63,991 nucleotides of DNA, filler included, from Phoronis australis (GCA_002633005.1; 6 parts of 6 records of this genome joined end to end with filler, not necessarily neighbours in it), one strand, 5' to 3'. Shown: positions 35,219 to 48,574, counted from the whole stretch's first letter. The notes: generated from the sequence alone by a model not told the origin. Translations and numbers: made by a program.

Positions 35219-35440
35219 ATGCGCCCACATATTTATATGTGGACGCATTGTGCCGTCATCTCCGTCCGTCCATCCGGCGTCCGATGTCCGCTGCTTTATC
35301 TCCAAAACCCTTTGACATACGTTCATGAAATTTGGCGCATGACGCATTTTGCCCCTAGCCTATTGAGGAGACAATGACCATGCCTTTCCATTTTGCAAAG
35401 TACAACCTACTACATATATGCCCTCTACTGGCCACTTTAT
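35219..35440 (+). mobile_element. HINE-like (Helentron-associated) element, 5' end
   Basis: T-run, then subTIR ATGCGCCCACAT (35219-35230), inverted copy ATGTGGACGCAT (35237-35248) and (TCCG)n microsatellite; homologous to 50130-50318 on the other strand. Confidence 0.8.
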
Positions 35441-35884
35441 GGTACCAATAAACAACCCTAGAAGGATACCGTATACGGTGCAATTGTGGGCTAATTTCAA
35501 CGCTCTGCGTTGCTCTTGTTTGAAACTTGTAAAGTTGATATTAACTACCCGATACTTTATGAAAAAGCAATACAGTATAATTTATAGGCAAAAATGTGTA
35601 CACAGTTATATGACAAGGCGAGGATAATAGCAATGTAACTATCCAGTCACATTAATGAGCATGAGGAAAATGGAGAATCCTATACTCGTCTCAGGATTAT
35701 GACATGGGCAAATCCTTGTGGAAATTTGATGCCGAGGCTTGTTAATCGTAACCTTGTAACCTTCAGGGAATTCTGACTTTTTTGGTTGTTGGTAGTAGTG
35801 TTGCATAGGATAAAATATAAGGTGTATGGATTTGCACTGTGCACTACTTTGTGATTCCCCTATGTAATATCAAAAAAATACATA

Positions 35885-36041
35885 CCGTAATCGTTCGGGT
35901 TAACGCCCATGTTCGGTTAACCGCCCACCCTGGATTTCTTGAAATTTCACGTTTAAGCGCCCATGTCTGGTTAACCGCCCACCCCCGATTTTTTGGGTTT
36001 GCCAATTTAACCGCCCAGGGCGTTAACCCGAACGATTACGG
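35885..36041. mobile_element. Tc1/mariner (pogo-like) MITE, TA TSD
   Basis: TA|CCGTAATCGTTCGGGTTAACGCCC ... GGGCGTTAACCCGAACGATTACGG|TA, a perfect 24-bp TIR; internal TTAA(C/G)CGCCCA repeats. Confidence 0.92.
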
Positions 36042-36939
36042 TACTCACCTAATAGATACACGTTTAATGAATCCAGTCACTTTTTATACCCAAAATACAT
36101 GGAATGGCATTAAAATTTAAGATTGTCCTCTGACTTAGATAATAAAACTAAGTCTTGAAAACTACTTGGAACAGAAGTGGATTTATTAGGCATGTATAGT
36201 ATAAGGAAGCAGACCGCATAGCGATAAAAATGCTAAACTGGGATGATGTACTTCACCATGGCAAAGCACTAAGGAAATTTTTGACGAGATGTAATTCGAC
36301 TGCAGTGTTCAAATGCACCAACACTATATAGGACAAACTTGTCACCTATTCCTAGTACTGTGAACCTATAAAGTAATAACTTGCGTAAGTTTGAATTTTT
36401 TCATATGAGGTATAAATATGGGTCATGTTTTTAGCCCTCTGGCATATTCATGGTCCACAATTCTTGCACTTTGTATAAACTTTGGAAGCAAATTTTGCTG
36501 TTGTAGATTGAGGTTACCAACTAATACATTCCTTCATCTACAGAAAACTGGAAATTACCAGAAAAAAAGATGGGAATAACAGCTTCATACTTATTGGGCC
36601 AATGCTGTATGGTTATTTTGAAATCGATTCCTTCATTTGTATGAATCAGAAAATAACCGCTCACAAAATTATATTAAAGAATATTGAGACACTACTTTAC
36701 ATAAGTACATATACGCACACAAAAGAACTTCCGATGGTTGTTGTTCTAATGAGGATGTTCAGTTCACAAAACATTAACTTTTCATGGTGTATGGCAGTGA
36801 AACAGAAAAAATTGGGAAAAATTGATAGTATGAAGAAAATATAATGCCATAAAAGTTTCAAGTTCTAAAATACCTCCATCGTTCCTGAGTGAAAGAATAC
36901 CAAGACCAGCAAAATATTTGAAAATGTGATGTAGTCCCT

Positions 36940-37039
36940 NNNNNNNNNNNNNNNNNNNNNNNNNNNNNNNNNNNNNNNNNNNNTTAATTAATTAANNNNN
37001 NNNNNNNNNNNNNNNNNNNNNNNNNNNNNNNNNNNNNNN
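36940..37039. other. Artificial scaffold linker
   Basis: 44 N + TTAATTAATTAA (36984-36995) + 44 N. Confidence 0.97.
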
Positions 37040-37959
37040 TCGTGGGAATGATACACTGGCGGTAAGTACGTTTACTTTATAAGTCACACTACTGTCCGTG
37101 AAGCTAAGAAACTTTCGATTACAGTTGCTTTTCTTTTATTTTCTCATATTTGGGATATTGAATTCACAGTTGTAAAGGAAGGTTTAAATTAATATTTGTG
37201 ACATTGTAATCACTTGTCAAAACAAGGTAAATGGTGGTTTTAAGCACTTTAAGCCCTTAATTCTCCCATGCACACAACAAAGTACAACATGCCATCCCAT
37301 AACTGACTACAGGGTTGCTAGGGAATTAATGAACAAAACAGTAACAATAAAAGTACACAAAGGTAGGATTGTATCGTACTTACCCGTGTGTCCAATATTC
37401 AACTTTTAAGACAAGGAAAGAGACAGAAGAAATTAGGAACAAACCAACTTGAAGACAATTACATAAAAATATCAAATGGGTTGAGAAACATTTATTTAGA
37501 AATTGAAAGGATATATCATTTGCAGCAGATTTGCTAATTCTAGGCAGAACCTTCAGGTTATTCTTAGGAACTACAACTTACGAAAAAGTTGTCAGAGTCT
37601 GGTTGTCTTATCATGAACCTGGTACATAAGGACACGGCCTTACAGGCTAAATGATTCATTTTAGGAACCTTTAGAAAATGGAACATCCTTTAATATCTTT
37701 ATGCTCAGTCAATCTAAATAAATCAACCAATCAATAACAATGCAGGAGCAACGTAGAGCGTTGATAAGAATCGACCAGGTGCATCACATACGGTGCAGAT
37801 ATAAGGGATGACCAATATTTTAAACATTCTCACTAGAGAGAGCACTAGTTGCTAATTTAGAGGGTGCCAAGCAAGTCAGAATTAATGCTCTCATCATTCC
37901 AACAAACCTGCCACTTCCATCGTGATTCTTCGGGCAGTTCGCAGGATAAGGAGGCAGAC

Positions 37960-38950
37960 GGCAAAGACAAAAGACCACTAGGAGGCACAACGTAGGTCAC
38001 ATTCATATCAGTGCAGTAGGATTTGTGCTGTCATGTATGTGATAGTAATTAACTTATTTGCCAAATTTCATCAACATCTATCCACAGGCGGTCTCAGCTT
38101 CTGATCGTCCCCAATACACTATAGTGTATTGCCTATTGGGACAATCAGAAGCTGAGGAACTTGATAAATAACCAGACAAAAGCAGAGAAAAACAATACTA
38201 TCGCTAGGGGACATGGCAGCAGTTGGATTTGACCCAAAATCCACATAAGTTGTATTCTCAATAAAAACACGCAAATTTCATGAAGATCAATTCGGTAGAT
38301 ACTGAGCTACAGGAAAAAACAAAGTTACCACTAACTGGAGGACACACACAGCAGTCGGACATGTCTGAAAATCGTCAGCCATGCAATTCCAAGAAAAAAT
38401 ACAGATGTCACACTTCATTATGATCCATGGAATGGTTTGGCTGAAGAGAGGCGAACACCAAATACATGAGTTGAGAAAATATTAATACAAATAACCAATG
38501 GGTGCCATGCAAGAGTTTAATCCATCTAAAAATGAAACGGTACACTGTCGTCTAAAAACCAATCCTTTGTGAAACTTCAGCGATGACGAAAAAATAAAAA
38601 TGAAATCGCTATTAGGGGCACAATGAAAGTCAGATATGCCTGAAAGTCGTCATCCTCTGTTGTTACATTCACAGAAATGCATTATTTTGAGGACAAACAG
38701 TTGCAGAGAAAAAAGCTGCCACTAGGGGGCACCACAATAATAGAAGCCATCAAAAAACCATTGCCATCATGCTCTTCCCAGTAGGAACAAATGCACCAAT
38801 TTTCACAATGACCCTTAGAGGGGTTCGGCCGATGGAGAGGCAGATGAAGCTTAAAAAAATTAAAATGGCCACTATGTGGCATACATCCTTTCAAATCCAT
38901 CTGAAAACGAAAAATTGACGTCAAATAACCTACATAGACTCTATTCACGC
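37960..38950 (-). mobile_element. Diverged internal ~150-bp tandem units of the HINE-like family
   Basis: Recurrent CCACTAGG(G/A)GGCAC, (A/G)AATCCATCT and CCAAATTTCA blocks homologous to 48850-50100. Confidence 0.7.
38093..38156. repeat. 64-bp near-perfect palindrome
   Basis: CTCAGCTTCTGAT..TCCCCAATA / CACTATAGTG core / TATTGGGA..ATCAGAAGCTGAG. Confidence 0.8.
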
Positions 38951-40375
38951 GGCGGACATTAAAATCCAACACCAGGCTCACTACGATAAACAAGGCGAAA
39001 GTAGACATTGCGTGAGTTAAATAGCCGGTCTTTCGAGTCCAACCTGGATATTGACTTTTAATGATGTGTCGACAATTAACCACAGAGACGTAGAAAATTA
39101 CAGTAGAGAACAAGTTAAGGCACCAAAGAGTTGTCTGACGAAAGGGTTTAATTTTTTTCGGAAAACTAGGTTCGAAACATGAAAAGTAAATATGACCAAA
39201 TTGCGGCGATCCTAGTGTTACGGATTAGGTATTATGCTGAATGCAGGATTACGTTTTTTCTTGTAAATTGTTGATCAAAATACTTTCTACGCGGACCAGG
39301 TCATCTGCTCGTATTGTTGACGAGTTGAAGACATATTCGACAGTGGTGGCTGTCATGTGCAATTAGTCACATCTGGTTTAATTTGTTGATCAAGAATATT
39401 AACATCAAGCATAGCCTGATCCTATGCACTCACTGGGACTAACAGTTGATTTGTCATTGATCTGAAAGAATAATTGATGTTATTAAATATATTTNNNNNN
39501 NNNNNNNNNNNNNNNNNNNNNNNNNNNNNNNNNNNNNNNNNNNNNNNNNNNNNNNNNNNNNNNNNNNNNNNNNNNNNNNNNNNNNNNNNNNNNNNNNNNN
39601 NNNNNNNNNNNNNNNNNNNNNNNNNNNNNNNNNNNNNNNNNNNNNNNNNNNNNNNNNNNNNNNNNNNNNNNNNNNNNNNNNNNNNNNNNNNNNNNNNNNN
39701 NNNNNNNNNNNNNNNNNNNNNNNNNNNNNNNNNNNNNNNNNNNNNNNNNNNNNNNNNNNNNNNNNNNNNNNNNNNNNNNNNNNNNNNNNNNNNNNNNNNN
39801 NNNNNTAAAATAATAAACCAGGCTCGTAATTGAAAATAAAAATTATTTGACCATCAATTCTGCTTTCTTGGTTGTAATAATTCTTACATCTATTTCATGT
39901 GTTAGATTTCAAATATCAATCTGGACCAAGTTGAATTTTAATATTAAAGCACCTAATTCGTTCGTTCAAAACATAACCTCGTTTTAGAACTCAATTTCAG
40001 TTAACTGGACAATGCAATCATAGTTATCATGTTTCTGCAGGAACCTCGTTCATCCAAGGGGAAAGGTGCCAGTGCCTACTGAGAGGCGATTTTTTCACCA
40101 TCAATAGCACCCCCGCCCTGTTGCAAGCTCTCATAGGCGCTGTCTCAATTTAAAGTAGCCTTTTGTGCTCGTAAAAATTGTCACCTGTGTGGTTACAGGT
40201 GATGTGAACTCAGAGAGATTTTTCACTAGGGGAATTTTTATGCCTCGTGGGGGGAATTTCGCGTGATATTTCAATATTTCTGAGAGGGAAATAGGGCCGA
40301 AATTGAGCCCCAAATTTGAGGGAGTGAGGGCCCTGTCCTTTTTGGAAAGAAAAATTATAATGTTTCAACCCATAG

Positions 40376-40692
40376 CAGGGGCGGATCCGGGCCGGATTTT
40401 GAGTTAGGGGGGGCAGGGCACAGGAATGAGCACCATTTCGGCAGATGCGCGCGCCCAGCCTAAAATCTGGGGATGCAGGGGTCTTGAATTCTTGGGTTTG
40501 CGGACCTGTTGACTAAAAAAATGGTAAACAGGGCTCATTCAGCACCTATGCATTGTTTATTCACCCCCAAGACCCCCTGGTTGCGCACGTGTGCTAGTCA
40601 GCAATTCGCACCCGAACTCAAAAATGGGATCTGATACAATTTTAGGGGGGGCACGTCCCCAGGGGGGGCATGTCCCCCCCCTAAATCCGTAG
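40376..40692 (+). mobile_element. CAGGGGCGGATCC-type MITE
   Basis: Starts CAGGGGCGGATCCGG and ends CCCCCCCTAAATCCG; related fragments at 33085-33204 and about 62250-62470. Confidence 0.65.
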
Positions 40693-40793
40693 TCATGAAA
40701 ATACAGCCTGGCTGGCCCATTCTCCGGTCGCTACTATGATGCTTGACAACTGAGCGGGATAAGACAATATATGATCTGACTTTTCGAAAACAT

Positions 40794-40950
40794 TTATTTT
40801 ACACGGACATATTTTGCTTCGTCGCGGCGTATGGCAACGACCCAACGCTTCCGAATCTCAACGTCTTTAGAGATTGTAAAACAGACAGTTGCGTGTCCAT
40901 ATTTTTTGTAGCCGTTCGCGGAACAACACGGACTGAAACACAGACTCCTA
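40794..40950 (-). pseudogene. THAP-domain fragment of a decayed transposase
   Basis: CFSPCCSANGYKKYGHATVCFTISKDVEIRKRWVVAIRRDE resembles THAP CxxPxC...F..PKD...RxxWxxAIRRD; the C-terminal CxxHF is lost after a stop. Confidence 0.75.
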
Positions 40951-41569
40951 TGCCGATAAGCTAACAGAGCTATCGTAGCAAGCCTCGGTTTGGAACGCGC
41001 CTCCTGTCGGTGTGAATACATCAATTGCACGAACATCTGTCAAGAAACTCCAAAGAAAAAGAGGAAAATAGAAGAAATAGTATTGCCAGTCATGATTTCT
41101 GTTCAGTCAGCTGTGACCGAAACATTAACAACTGTCAAAGCTGATAACATATTGGATGGTTGGGTAAAATCATTTCACGAACACATTGGAAAAATAATTA
41201 AAAGAAACTACTGTTGTGAAATTCTGATTCAAATTAATGCAGCTTTTATCGACAACAGAATGCAAACAATCTCTGAATATAAAGCTATGGTCTTATATTC
41301 ACAGCCATAGCTTCATATATTCAAATAAAAGGCTACGATACGTTCGAATATAAGGGTAACACTTGATTGTTATAAGACCTTACAAGGCAATGGACTAATA
41401 CAGTAAATCTCACAATTTCAGGACACAACAAGGCGGATGAGTGAAATTTTCTCATTTTTGCATAGAAAATATGTAGCACCAAATTAATGACATACCATGT
41501 TCAAGTTAATAAATACCATCAGAAAATGTGTGCATTCACAACAATGTCAGAAGACCTTGAAAAATGAAA

Positions 41570-41911
41570 CAAGAGCAATGCGAAGCATTGAAATGCGCCC
41601 ACGAATGCACCGCTAACAGTGTGCTTTTAGGGTTGTTTATTTGTTTCATAAAAATAGCCACTAGATGGTGCAAAAACATCAAATCCATCTGAAAATGCAG
41701 AAAAACCATCACTTCTTTAATAGAAAGCTATTTTACCAAATTTCACAAATATAAGTCAAGGAACTTCAGAGAAACGAAGGAAAACGGAAAAAATGAAATT
41801 GCCACTATGGGGCACAGCTTTCATTGGATCGGCCTGAAAGATGTCGTCTGTTGTTAGCTTCATAAAAATACAATTACTAAAGATCATGCAGTGTGTTAAG
41901 GAGATACAGCT
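41570..41911 (-). mobile_element. HINE-like element, 3' end with terminal hairpin, cut by scaffold end
   Basis: Perfect hairpin CAATGC-GAA-GCATTG (41576-41590) next to subTIR ATGCGCCCAC (41593-41602); homologous to 48575-48830 and, on the other strand, to 58150-58317. Confidence 0.85.
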
Positions 41912-42011
41912 NNNNNNNNNNNNNNNNNNNNNNNNNNNNNNNNNNNNNNNNNNNNTTAATTAATTAANNNNNNNNNNNNNNNNNNNNNNNNNNNNNNNNN
42001 NNNNNNNNNNN
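41912..42011. other. Artificial scaffold linker
   Basis: 44 N + TTAATTAATTAA (41956-41967) + 44 N. Confidence 0.97.
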
Positions 42012-42975
42012 TTTTAAATTGCTCATAATTATACAAAGACTTGATTTTAGTTCAAAAACCTTTTCTTCATGTTATAGCCAAATAAATAGTTAAATTATCT
42101 ATAGGGAAACTAGTTCCATAATATGAAAGACAGAACAGAGTTTTTAGACAAACCACCATTAGCATATTAACCATGGCATTTTCGGTCACATCTGTAACAC
42201 TAATTAAAAGTAAATTTTAGTACACTTATAATGTGCAGAATTAAAAACTTTTGATACCTGAAGTGCTTCCATAAAGTGTGTAATGTGTACTTAAAATTTC
42301 TTACTACTGTGATGTTTCACTAATTTTATAGTGGAATTTAAAGTGTCTGAATGTCACATCTGTAACAAAACGAATACTGTGGAATACACCTGAAGCAATT
42401 ACCCTGCTCAACTCAACTGAAAGTGATTCAAGGAAATCTCTGGACTGCATACAATGATACGACAACCTTTAAAATGTTGTGGAGGTGACTCCCTAAATCC
42501 CCATGGAAGGTGTTCTGTGCCAGATATGCTCATATAATCTCCTGGCCCTTTGTCAACTATTCAGTGGTCAGGACCATGGGAAGTTTTGGCAGCCATTGCC
42601 ACCAGACTGCCTCCAAGTACAGGCAACGCACTGGAGTATTTTGGAGCTTTACAACTGACAGTACTGTATGTCATGCTTTTATTCACTGTTTGGGTGTCTT
42701 CTTTTTTGATTCCCTTTGAACTGTGTTTGAGGACTGTGTCGGAAGTGTGTTTAGTTTGTTGTCAAATTACATGAAAAACATGATGGCTGACCAGTTGTTG
42801 CCTTTCAATCTCTTTCAGTTTGTATGCTATAGCTGAGGGTGGACAGAAAGGTCTCATTGTCGGTTACTTTTCTTGCGGTGTTTTTGTCTGTACTCACTCA
42901 CAAACACAGAACTCCAGCAAGGTTGTTAGGGCTGTGGAGGAACTCTGTGACTTGCTACGATCGTAAATCATTGAC

Positions 42976-43254
42976 ATGGAGACGGGGAGCACAAAACCCC
43001 CAGGGCATGATTGGTCACGAAAAGCAACCTCAGGCGATGATGACGATGATGTTGATCCTGTGGAAGAAATGATGAAGAAAACGGGTTGTCTTGAAAAACA
43101 TTATGCAGTACAAGACTGCATGTTTGAGCATAATGACTGGAGGAAGTGTCAGACACAAGTGAATGAGTTTAGAGAGTGTATGACGGAATACACCAAACGC
43201 AGAATGGCAGAGACGACTGAACAGTATATGAAGAGCAAAGAGATGCAAAGTTAG
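42976..43254 (+). CDS. COA4: Cytochrome c oxidase assembly factor 4 homolog (CHCHD8), twin CX9C protein, 92 aa, single coding exon
   Basis: GHDWSR..DDDDDVDPVEEMMKKTGCLEKHYAVQDCMFEHNDWRKCQTQVNEFRECM: twin CX9C, acidic DP motif and DWRxC as in COA4. Upstream acceptor TCTCTTTCAG ends at 42818; AATAAA at 43369-43374. Confidence 0.95.
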   Translation: METGSTKPPGHDWSRKATSGDDDDDVDPVEEMMKKTGCLEKHYAVQDCMFEHNDWRKCQTQVNEFRECMTEYTKRRMAETTEQYMKSKEMQS

Positions 43255-43368
43255 TCTTTAATACAGAATTGTGCATGGAAATGAAATATGTAATTTGTTT
43301 AGATCCTGAATTGCATAAAAACTTATATATAGTGAGGCGTAAATCTTTTATGATTTCATTGACAGATG

Positions 43369-43374
43369 AATAAA
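43369..43374 (+). terminator. Candidate polyadenylation signal of COA4
   Basis: AATAAA about 115 nt after the stop codon. Confidence 0.5.
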
Positions 43375-44482
43375 TTATTGAAATTATCTCCCCCCCCCCC
43401 GAGTTCCTTTAGTTGCATTTCATTGGCTAACATGCAGGACATCATATCGCAGAGGTGACCGATTCAAATGAAACTTCCACATACCATGCTTTATGCATTT
43501 CTCAAAAATGCTCTTTTGGGATTGGTTTTAAAATGATACACTTTTGCAAGAGTGACTATAAAAAACGAGAATTTTATGATTCGTATGGAAAAACTCAAAA
43601 GTTGCATGAACAAAATGAAATAATTTAGAAAACTATTATTAATGCAGTTGTTTTGCTATGAACAGTGTACCTTTCATGTGCCAAATATAGGAACTCAAGT
43701 GTGTGTGATTCACGAGTCATCATCCGACAGGTGAGGTTGACCTCTCGAGATTCCTCTTGGGTCATATTAATTATGCTGGTAACAGGTTTTTGTTATCGCG
43801 AGTTCATTTTGGACAGTGTTCTGGAGGACTCAGATTTAAAGGTTGCACAAATTGTAACTTTATGTACTGGGCCAATTTTAATGCTTCAAAAACAAATTGT
43901 GGATGCTTTTAAAACGACATAAAATAGGTAGATACAGGTTTCAGCAAAGTTAGGCATGGTTAGTGGGTAACATAAGCCAATCAAATTGTATGTTCAGTGT
44001 AACAGTGATTGTGCTAAAACAACAGAAAACTGGGTCAAGTCGAGATGTCCTTGATCAAAGTATTTGGTGTGGCTATATGCCTCTGGTGAGTTTTTAAGTT
44101 CATCATATTTGCCAGTTTTCTGTTACAAAAGACGTAGTCACGTGATCCCATCTCGATGGCAGATTGGTGTAAAATAAGACCAGGGTTTCTTACATATTAA
44201 ACTTTAGTAGTGTAGGTGTTTGGCTGAATACACAAAGTTGTCAATAAGGTCCTTAGTTATTTATTTACAAAATAACATCAGGAAGAGATCTCTTGCTGAT
44301 AATATGCATATTAAGGATTATTGTTGTACGCGATGGACTATCTTTGTCCAGAGCTATTAAACAGTAAAAATTGCAAATCACTTGCTGATGTCTCAGGAAG
44401 ACATTCATAGTAAACTGTTGAAATCGAGGCTGGTGACTTTACCAGTTGAATAGGATTAAAGTTCTCCGTCACTTATCGTGTG

Positions 44483-44553
44483 AGATTTAGCTCAAAAAGT
44501 AGAGCACTTGAGTGCGACCACAATGGTTCAAGGTATGAATCCATGATGGGCCC
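44483..44553 (+). pseudogene. Highly degenerate tRNA-like / SINE-head remnant
   Basis: TAGCTCAAAAAGTAGAGC (A-box/D-arm-like) and GGTATGAATCC (B-box-like) at tRNA spacing. Confidence 0.4.
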
Positions 44554-45753
44554 AATATCAGAAAACCACTTTTTTCACAAAATAGTATCACTTCTGTCTT
44601 GGGGTCACATGCAGATAATTTTACTTGAAATTCTTTTTAAGTTCTTACTGATCATAACAGTATAATGGAGGCTCAGATGAAAAATCTCTGGTTTTGTCAA
44701 GGGGCCTGCATTTTGATGGAAATGATCAGGGTGCATGATCCGAATCTCTGAATTCTATTCGGAAATTGTATCACACGATTGGTAATTTTTATTAAAGTGC
44801 AACTTTTTAATTATTGAATTACTTCTACTTCAACACTTTGCAATAAAATGCAACTGTGGTAAAACAAAACATGTACTTTTTTGGCCATGTGTTTTGAATG
44901 CGTACTTGGAATCAGAGTCTAGAATGAAGAACACACTAACAGTTGATCACTTTGTATTTAATTTTGCACCAACATTTCTTAGAGGTCAAGTCATTGGTAA
45001 TGTTCAAATTTGATCAACAAAATCATGTACCAGGTTGCCTCAAACCTGGAATGTGTGTGACATTCAACCATATGGACCATTATATGCAGAAAACATAATG
45101 CCACCGAAAAGAACGCCCATGAGCGTATTTTCAGAAAATTTTCCAAAAGTACATATTATAAACATATTACCATTTTTGCAAAATGGTTGTCTTTACATAG
45201 GTAAGGCTAGTTGAAAACCCCAGGTTACTTACCAGTAAAAAACACTGCAACAAACAGGTGACTATAATTTAATACTCCATCAACATTTAAAAGAATATCA
45301 CAAATAACATGGTTGTTGTAAACTAATTTATGTGGAAAATAATACTTAAAGCTGCATGTTTGCATTCCTTGTGATTTGAGTTGCTAATAGAAATTTAATC
45401 TTGTCACAGTAAGGAATATAAAGACCAATTTAATGAGTCGAGAGTAAAATGCCTTAAATTCGATTTTTGTTCTTTGTCCAGCTATAAATCAAAGCCAGAA
45501 ATCTGCAAAGTAAATACAAATGGAAGATGGTCAATTGGTCAACAAATACAGGTGACAAAAAGACAGGTTATATTGACTCAAATACACTGCATCAACTGAA
45601 AGATGTTTGCTTATCGATAGTCGTGTGCAAATAATTTTGAACTATGTTCCAGATTGCCAATACACTTGGTATCATGATAAAAGGTCTCGAAACAATGTCA
45701 GATCAAACTTTAGTACTAGTAAATCCAGTTGTAGAGCAAATGTCTAGCGCATG

Positions 45754-45851
45754 TCAGAAATGAGTCATCCCCGTCTTCGTTCTTGCCTCCTTCACTTTGT
45801 CTTTTAACAGTTTGCATATTTTAGCATGTACGTCAGGCACCCCTACGTATC
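45754..45851 (-). CDS. ITPK1: Inositol-tetrakisphosphate 1-kinase-like, last coding exon
   Basis: tttcag|GA TAC GTA GGG...: (G)YVGVPDVHAKICKLLKDKVKEARTKTGMTHF*, completing the FPGYxG motif in phase with the previous exon. Confidence 0.88.
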
Positions 45852-47169
45852 CTGAAACAGAAACCAAAATAGGACATAAACAGTGCAACTTAATGAAAGC
45901 AGTTTTCATAGGCAAATTCTCTCTGAGAGTCAACCGCGATCTGACAAGCAAAGAAGCAAAAATACTCGTGCTTCAAATTTTTCAATGCATGAAGACCGAT
46001 GACAAGTTTTATTAAAAACCTAAACACAAAGACACTCACCAGACAAAAATACTTTTTGTCACATGTTAGCGTGATTGAAGTTGATGTCACAAGAATATTC
46101 CCTAAGCCAAGAAATGTTTCACATATTATCAAGTTCTGTGTAAAACAAGTTACAACAAGGTCAGCTGTTACATATGTGCAACACTTTACATTTGGTCGGA
46201 TTGCAGATCCCATCTCAACAAAATCTGGTCAATTGTGTAACTTATTATTATTCTCACGCCTGAGGGAAATGTTCTGAGACTTAAAAGCGTTTCCCACTGG
46301 GTCAGAAGCTTTGATGTTAACGAAACTTGGTCAATTGGAACAATTAAATTCGGTCTTGAATGAAAGTGCACAGTGTGAGTTAAGTCTGGAGTAAAGAGGT
46401 AGATTTAATAGCAAAGCATCGATGCATGGCTACAATGGAAACACCTAACTATCAAGTTGATAACATCAGAGTTATCAGCAGGTGTCACTGCCTGGGTTTG
46501 CCAACAGCGAACTGTGGCTGGTAAATATTTTGTTAAATATTTATTATTTTAGCAGCATAAGCATTGTGTTTCAATTTATGGCATCTAGTTGCTTGATTCT
46601 TTACATTAAAAAATCATTGAACGTATTATGTGTGAAAAACAAGTTCCCACCACACTGCCATGTTCAGATTAGCTGTTGGCCTACTCAAGACGGAATCAAA
46701 CTTTTTAATACATCATCTTCCAGTACATCGTCATTGTCCCAACATGGCAACCATTGGCAGCCTTGTGAAGTTGACGTTCTAGTTTCCATTTGGGAAGATT
46801 GATATAGGTCCTTGCTATTTTTGATGACAATGACAAAAACACCCAAGTGACCGAAGGTCAAATTAGCACTGCCCTTGCAATACCTTCGCTGAACTAGTTG
46901 ATTAACTTTGAAGCTGATGGGAACAGTAATGCTTAACTTCGCAGTTAAAATAATATTACAGTTAACACTGAAATTTTGATAGCGGAATTAGCTGTATGGG
47001 AAAGGGCCTCAAAACAACTTTGGTGGGTCCATTGTGATTGCTGATGGATTCAAGTTAAAAACATGGGACTTAACAATACTACACAGAGCTTATGATAGCC
47101 AGAAATCAATGAAATGTAATTACTATTCAAGTTTGAAGCATCCCTGCATCATTTCCATTCACTAATAGC

Positions 47170-47370
47170 TGAGGCCAGCCTCAAAACATTTGCTTGTTTG
47201 GCCTTGCATGGCCCTGGGAGCCAACCTTGAAATATTGCTTGGTTGGCCGTAATTGTCCAACCCTGAGGTCAACCTTAAAAGAATGTTAGTTTGGCCTCAC
47301 CCATCCCTCAGACATATTGTGGCTGGTCTGGAGAACCTTGAAATATTTGTTTGGCCTTGATCAACCCTCA
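47170..47370. repeat. Degenerate ~50-60-bp tandem repeat, about 4 units, intronic
   Basis: Recurrent AACCTTGAAATATT...TTTGGCCT blocks. Confidence 0.6.
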
Positions 47371-47914
47371 AACATTACAAGACAAAAGTAAAGGACACAA
47401 TACAGTTTTCCATAACAACTAATTCTATAAACAACAAAAATGATGGGTGATAACCTTCAAGGTAGCAAAATTCTAATTATAGAATAGCTTAGCCCCTTGC
47501 TAACTTTCCTGACCTGTTAGTTGTGAAGGGAAAGACTACTTAGACTGTGACTTCAGCTTCCGCAAAGACGCCATGACGGGGAATTCCGGGACATTATGTC
47601 TGAGTACTTTTGTCAGTATTGTAAGTGACTAATAACATTGGGCTACACGAGCTCTCCCAACAGTTACTGTTCATATGACCACTGTTTGAAAATCCTTAGA
47701 CAGATATTTCTCTGGCATTTGAACAGAAAGAATTCACAGGAATTCCAATCACTAAAAAAGTCCTGATGTCATTAGTTGAGGGAGACAAAAATTTCCACGC
47801 GAATCAGTCACCGTTCCTCATTAGGATTCAAGTGAAGACAACATTGGTGAGTCTCCAGAACTTTTGATATATAATTTGTGCATCAGTTACTTCACCTATA
47901 TCAGATTACCTTAC

Positions 47915-48086
47915 CGGGGAAGATATTAATATCAACTACAGCATGCCGTCCGCTTGCACTGTCAATAACAACATCAATTCCCATGAGCTCCAACTGACAG
48001 AGCGACTGAATCAACTTTGCAAGTGCCTTCAGTCTGTTAGTGTCAGGCTTGACAGCTTCAAGACCCATTTCCTCACCTGGACACAT
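47915..48086 (-). CDS. ITPK1: ITPK1-like exon with ATP-grasp catalytic residues
   Basis: tttccag|MCPGEEMGLEAVKPDTNRLKALAKLIQSLCQLELMGIDVVIDSASGRHAVVDINIFPG|gtaag; GIDVV and DINxFPG motifs of ITPK1. An alternative acceptor lies 10 nt inside. Confidence 0.93.
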
Positions 48087-48574
48087 CTGGAAACAACATA
48101 ATGTAAGTACTGAATGAAGCAAAAGCTGGTTAAGTTGTGAGACTCACAGAGCACTAAGTGAGTACTGTGGATAAACTGTTGAAATAGTACCAAAATCATG
48201 TGATTTTGGTACAAAATACAGTACGGTACTGCTTTTACAAAATTTTGATTGTTGCATTTTTCACCTGCGGGCATACAGATAGAGGGCTTATTTCCATCTC
48301 ATACATTGAATACATGCGGAAAATATACATTTTTATGATCATTTAAAACAAAAACTTTAGCAAGCAATCGCCATCACAGTGTCAAGTTCAAGGCTAAAGT
48401 GAAAATTGCAAAACTAAGCAGAGCTTGACCATTCCTTGTTTTCAGTGCCGTTATAAAGGTAGGCTGAGTTCACTTGGTAATTTGCAATTGTCAATTCCCA
48501 GAACAGCTTGTGTAACAGCAAAATAACTTGTGGTATGGGGAATATCAGATTAGCAGATTTACTAAATTTAAAAA

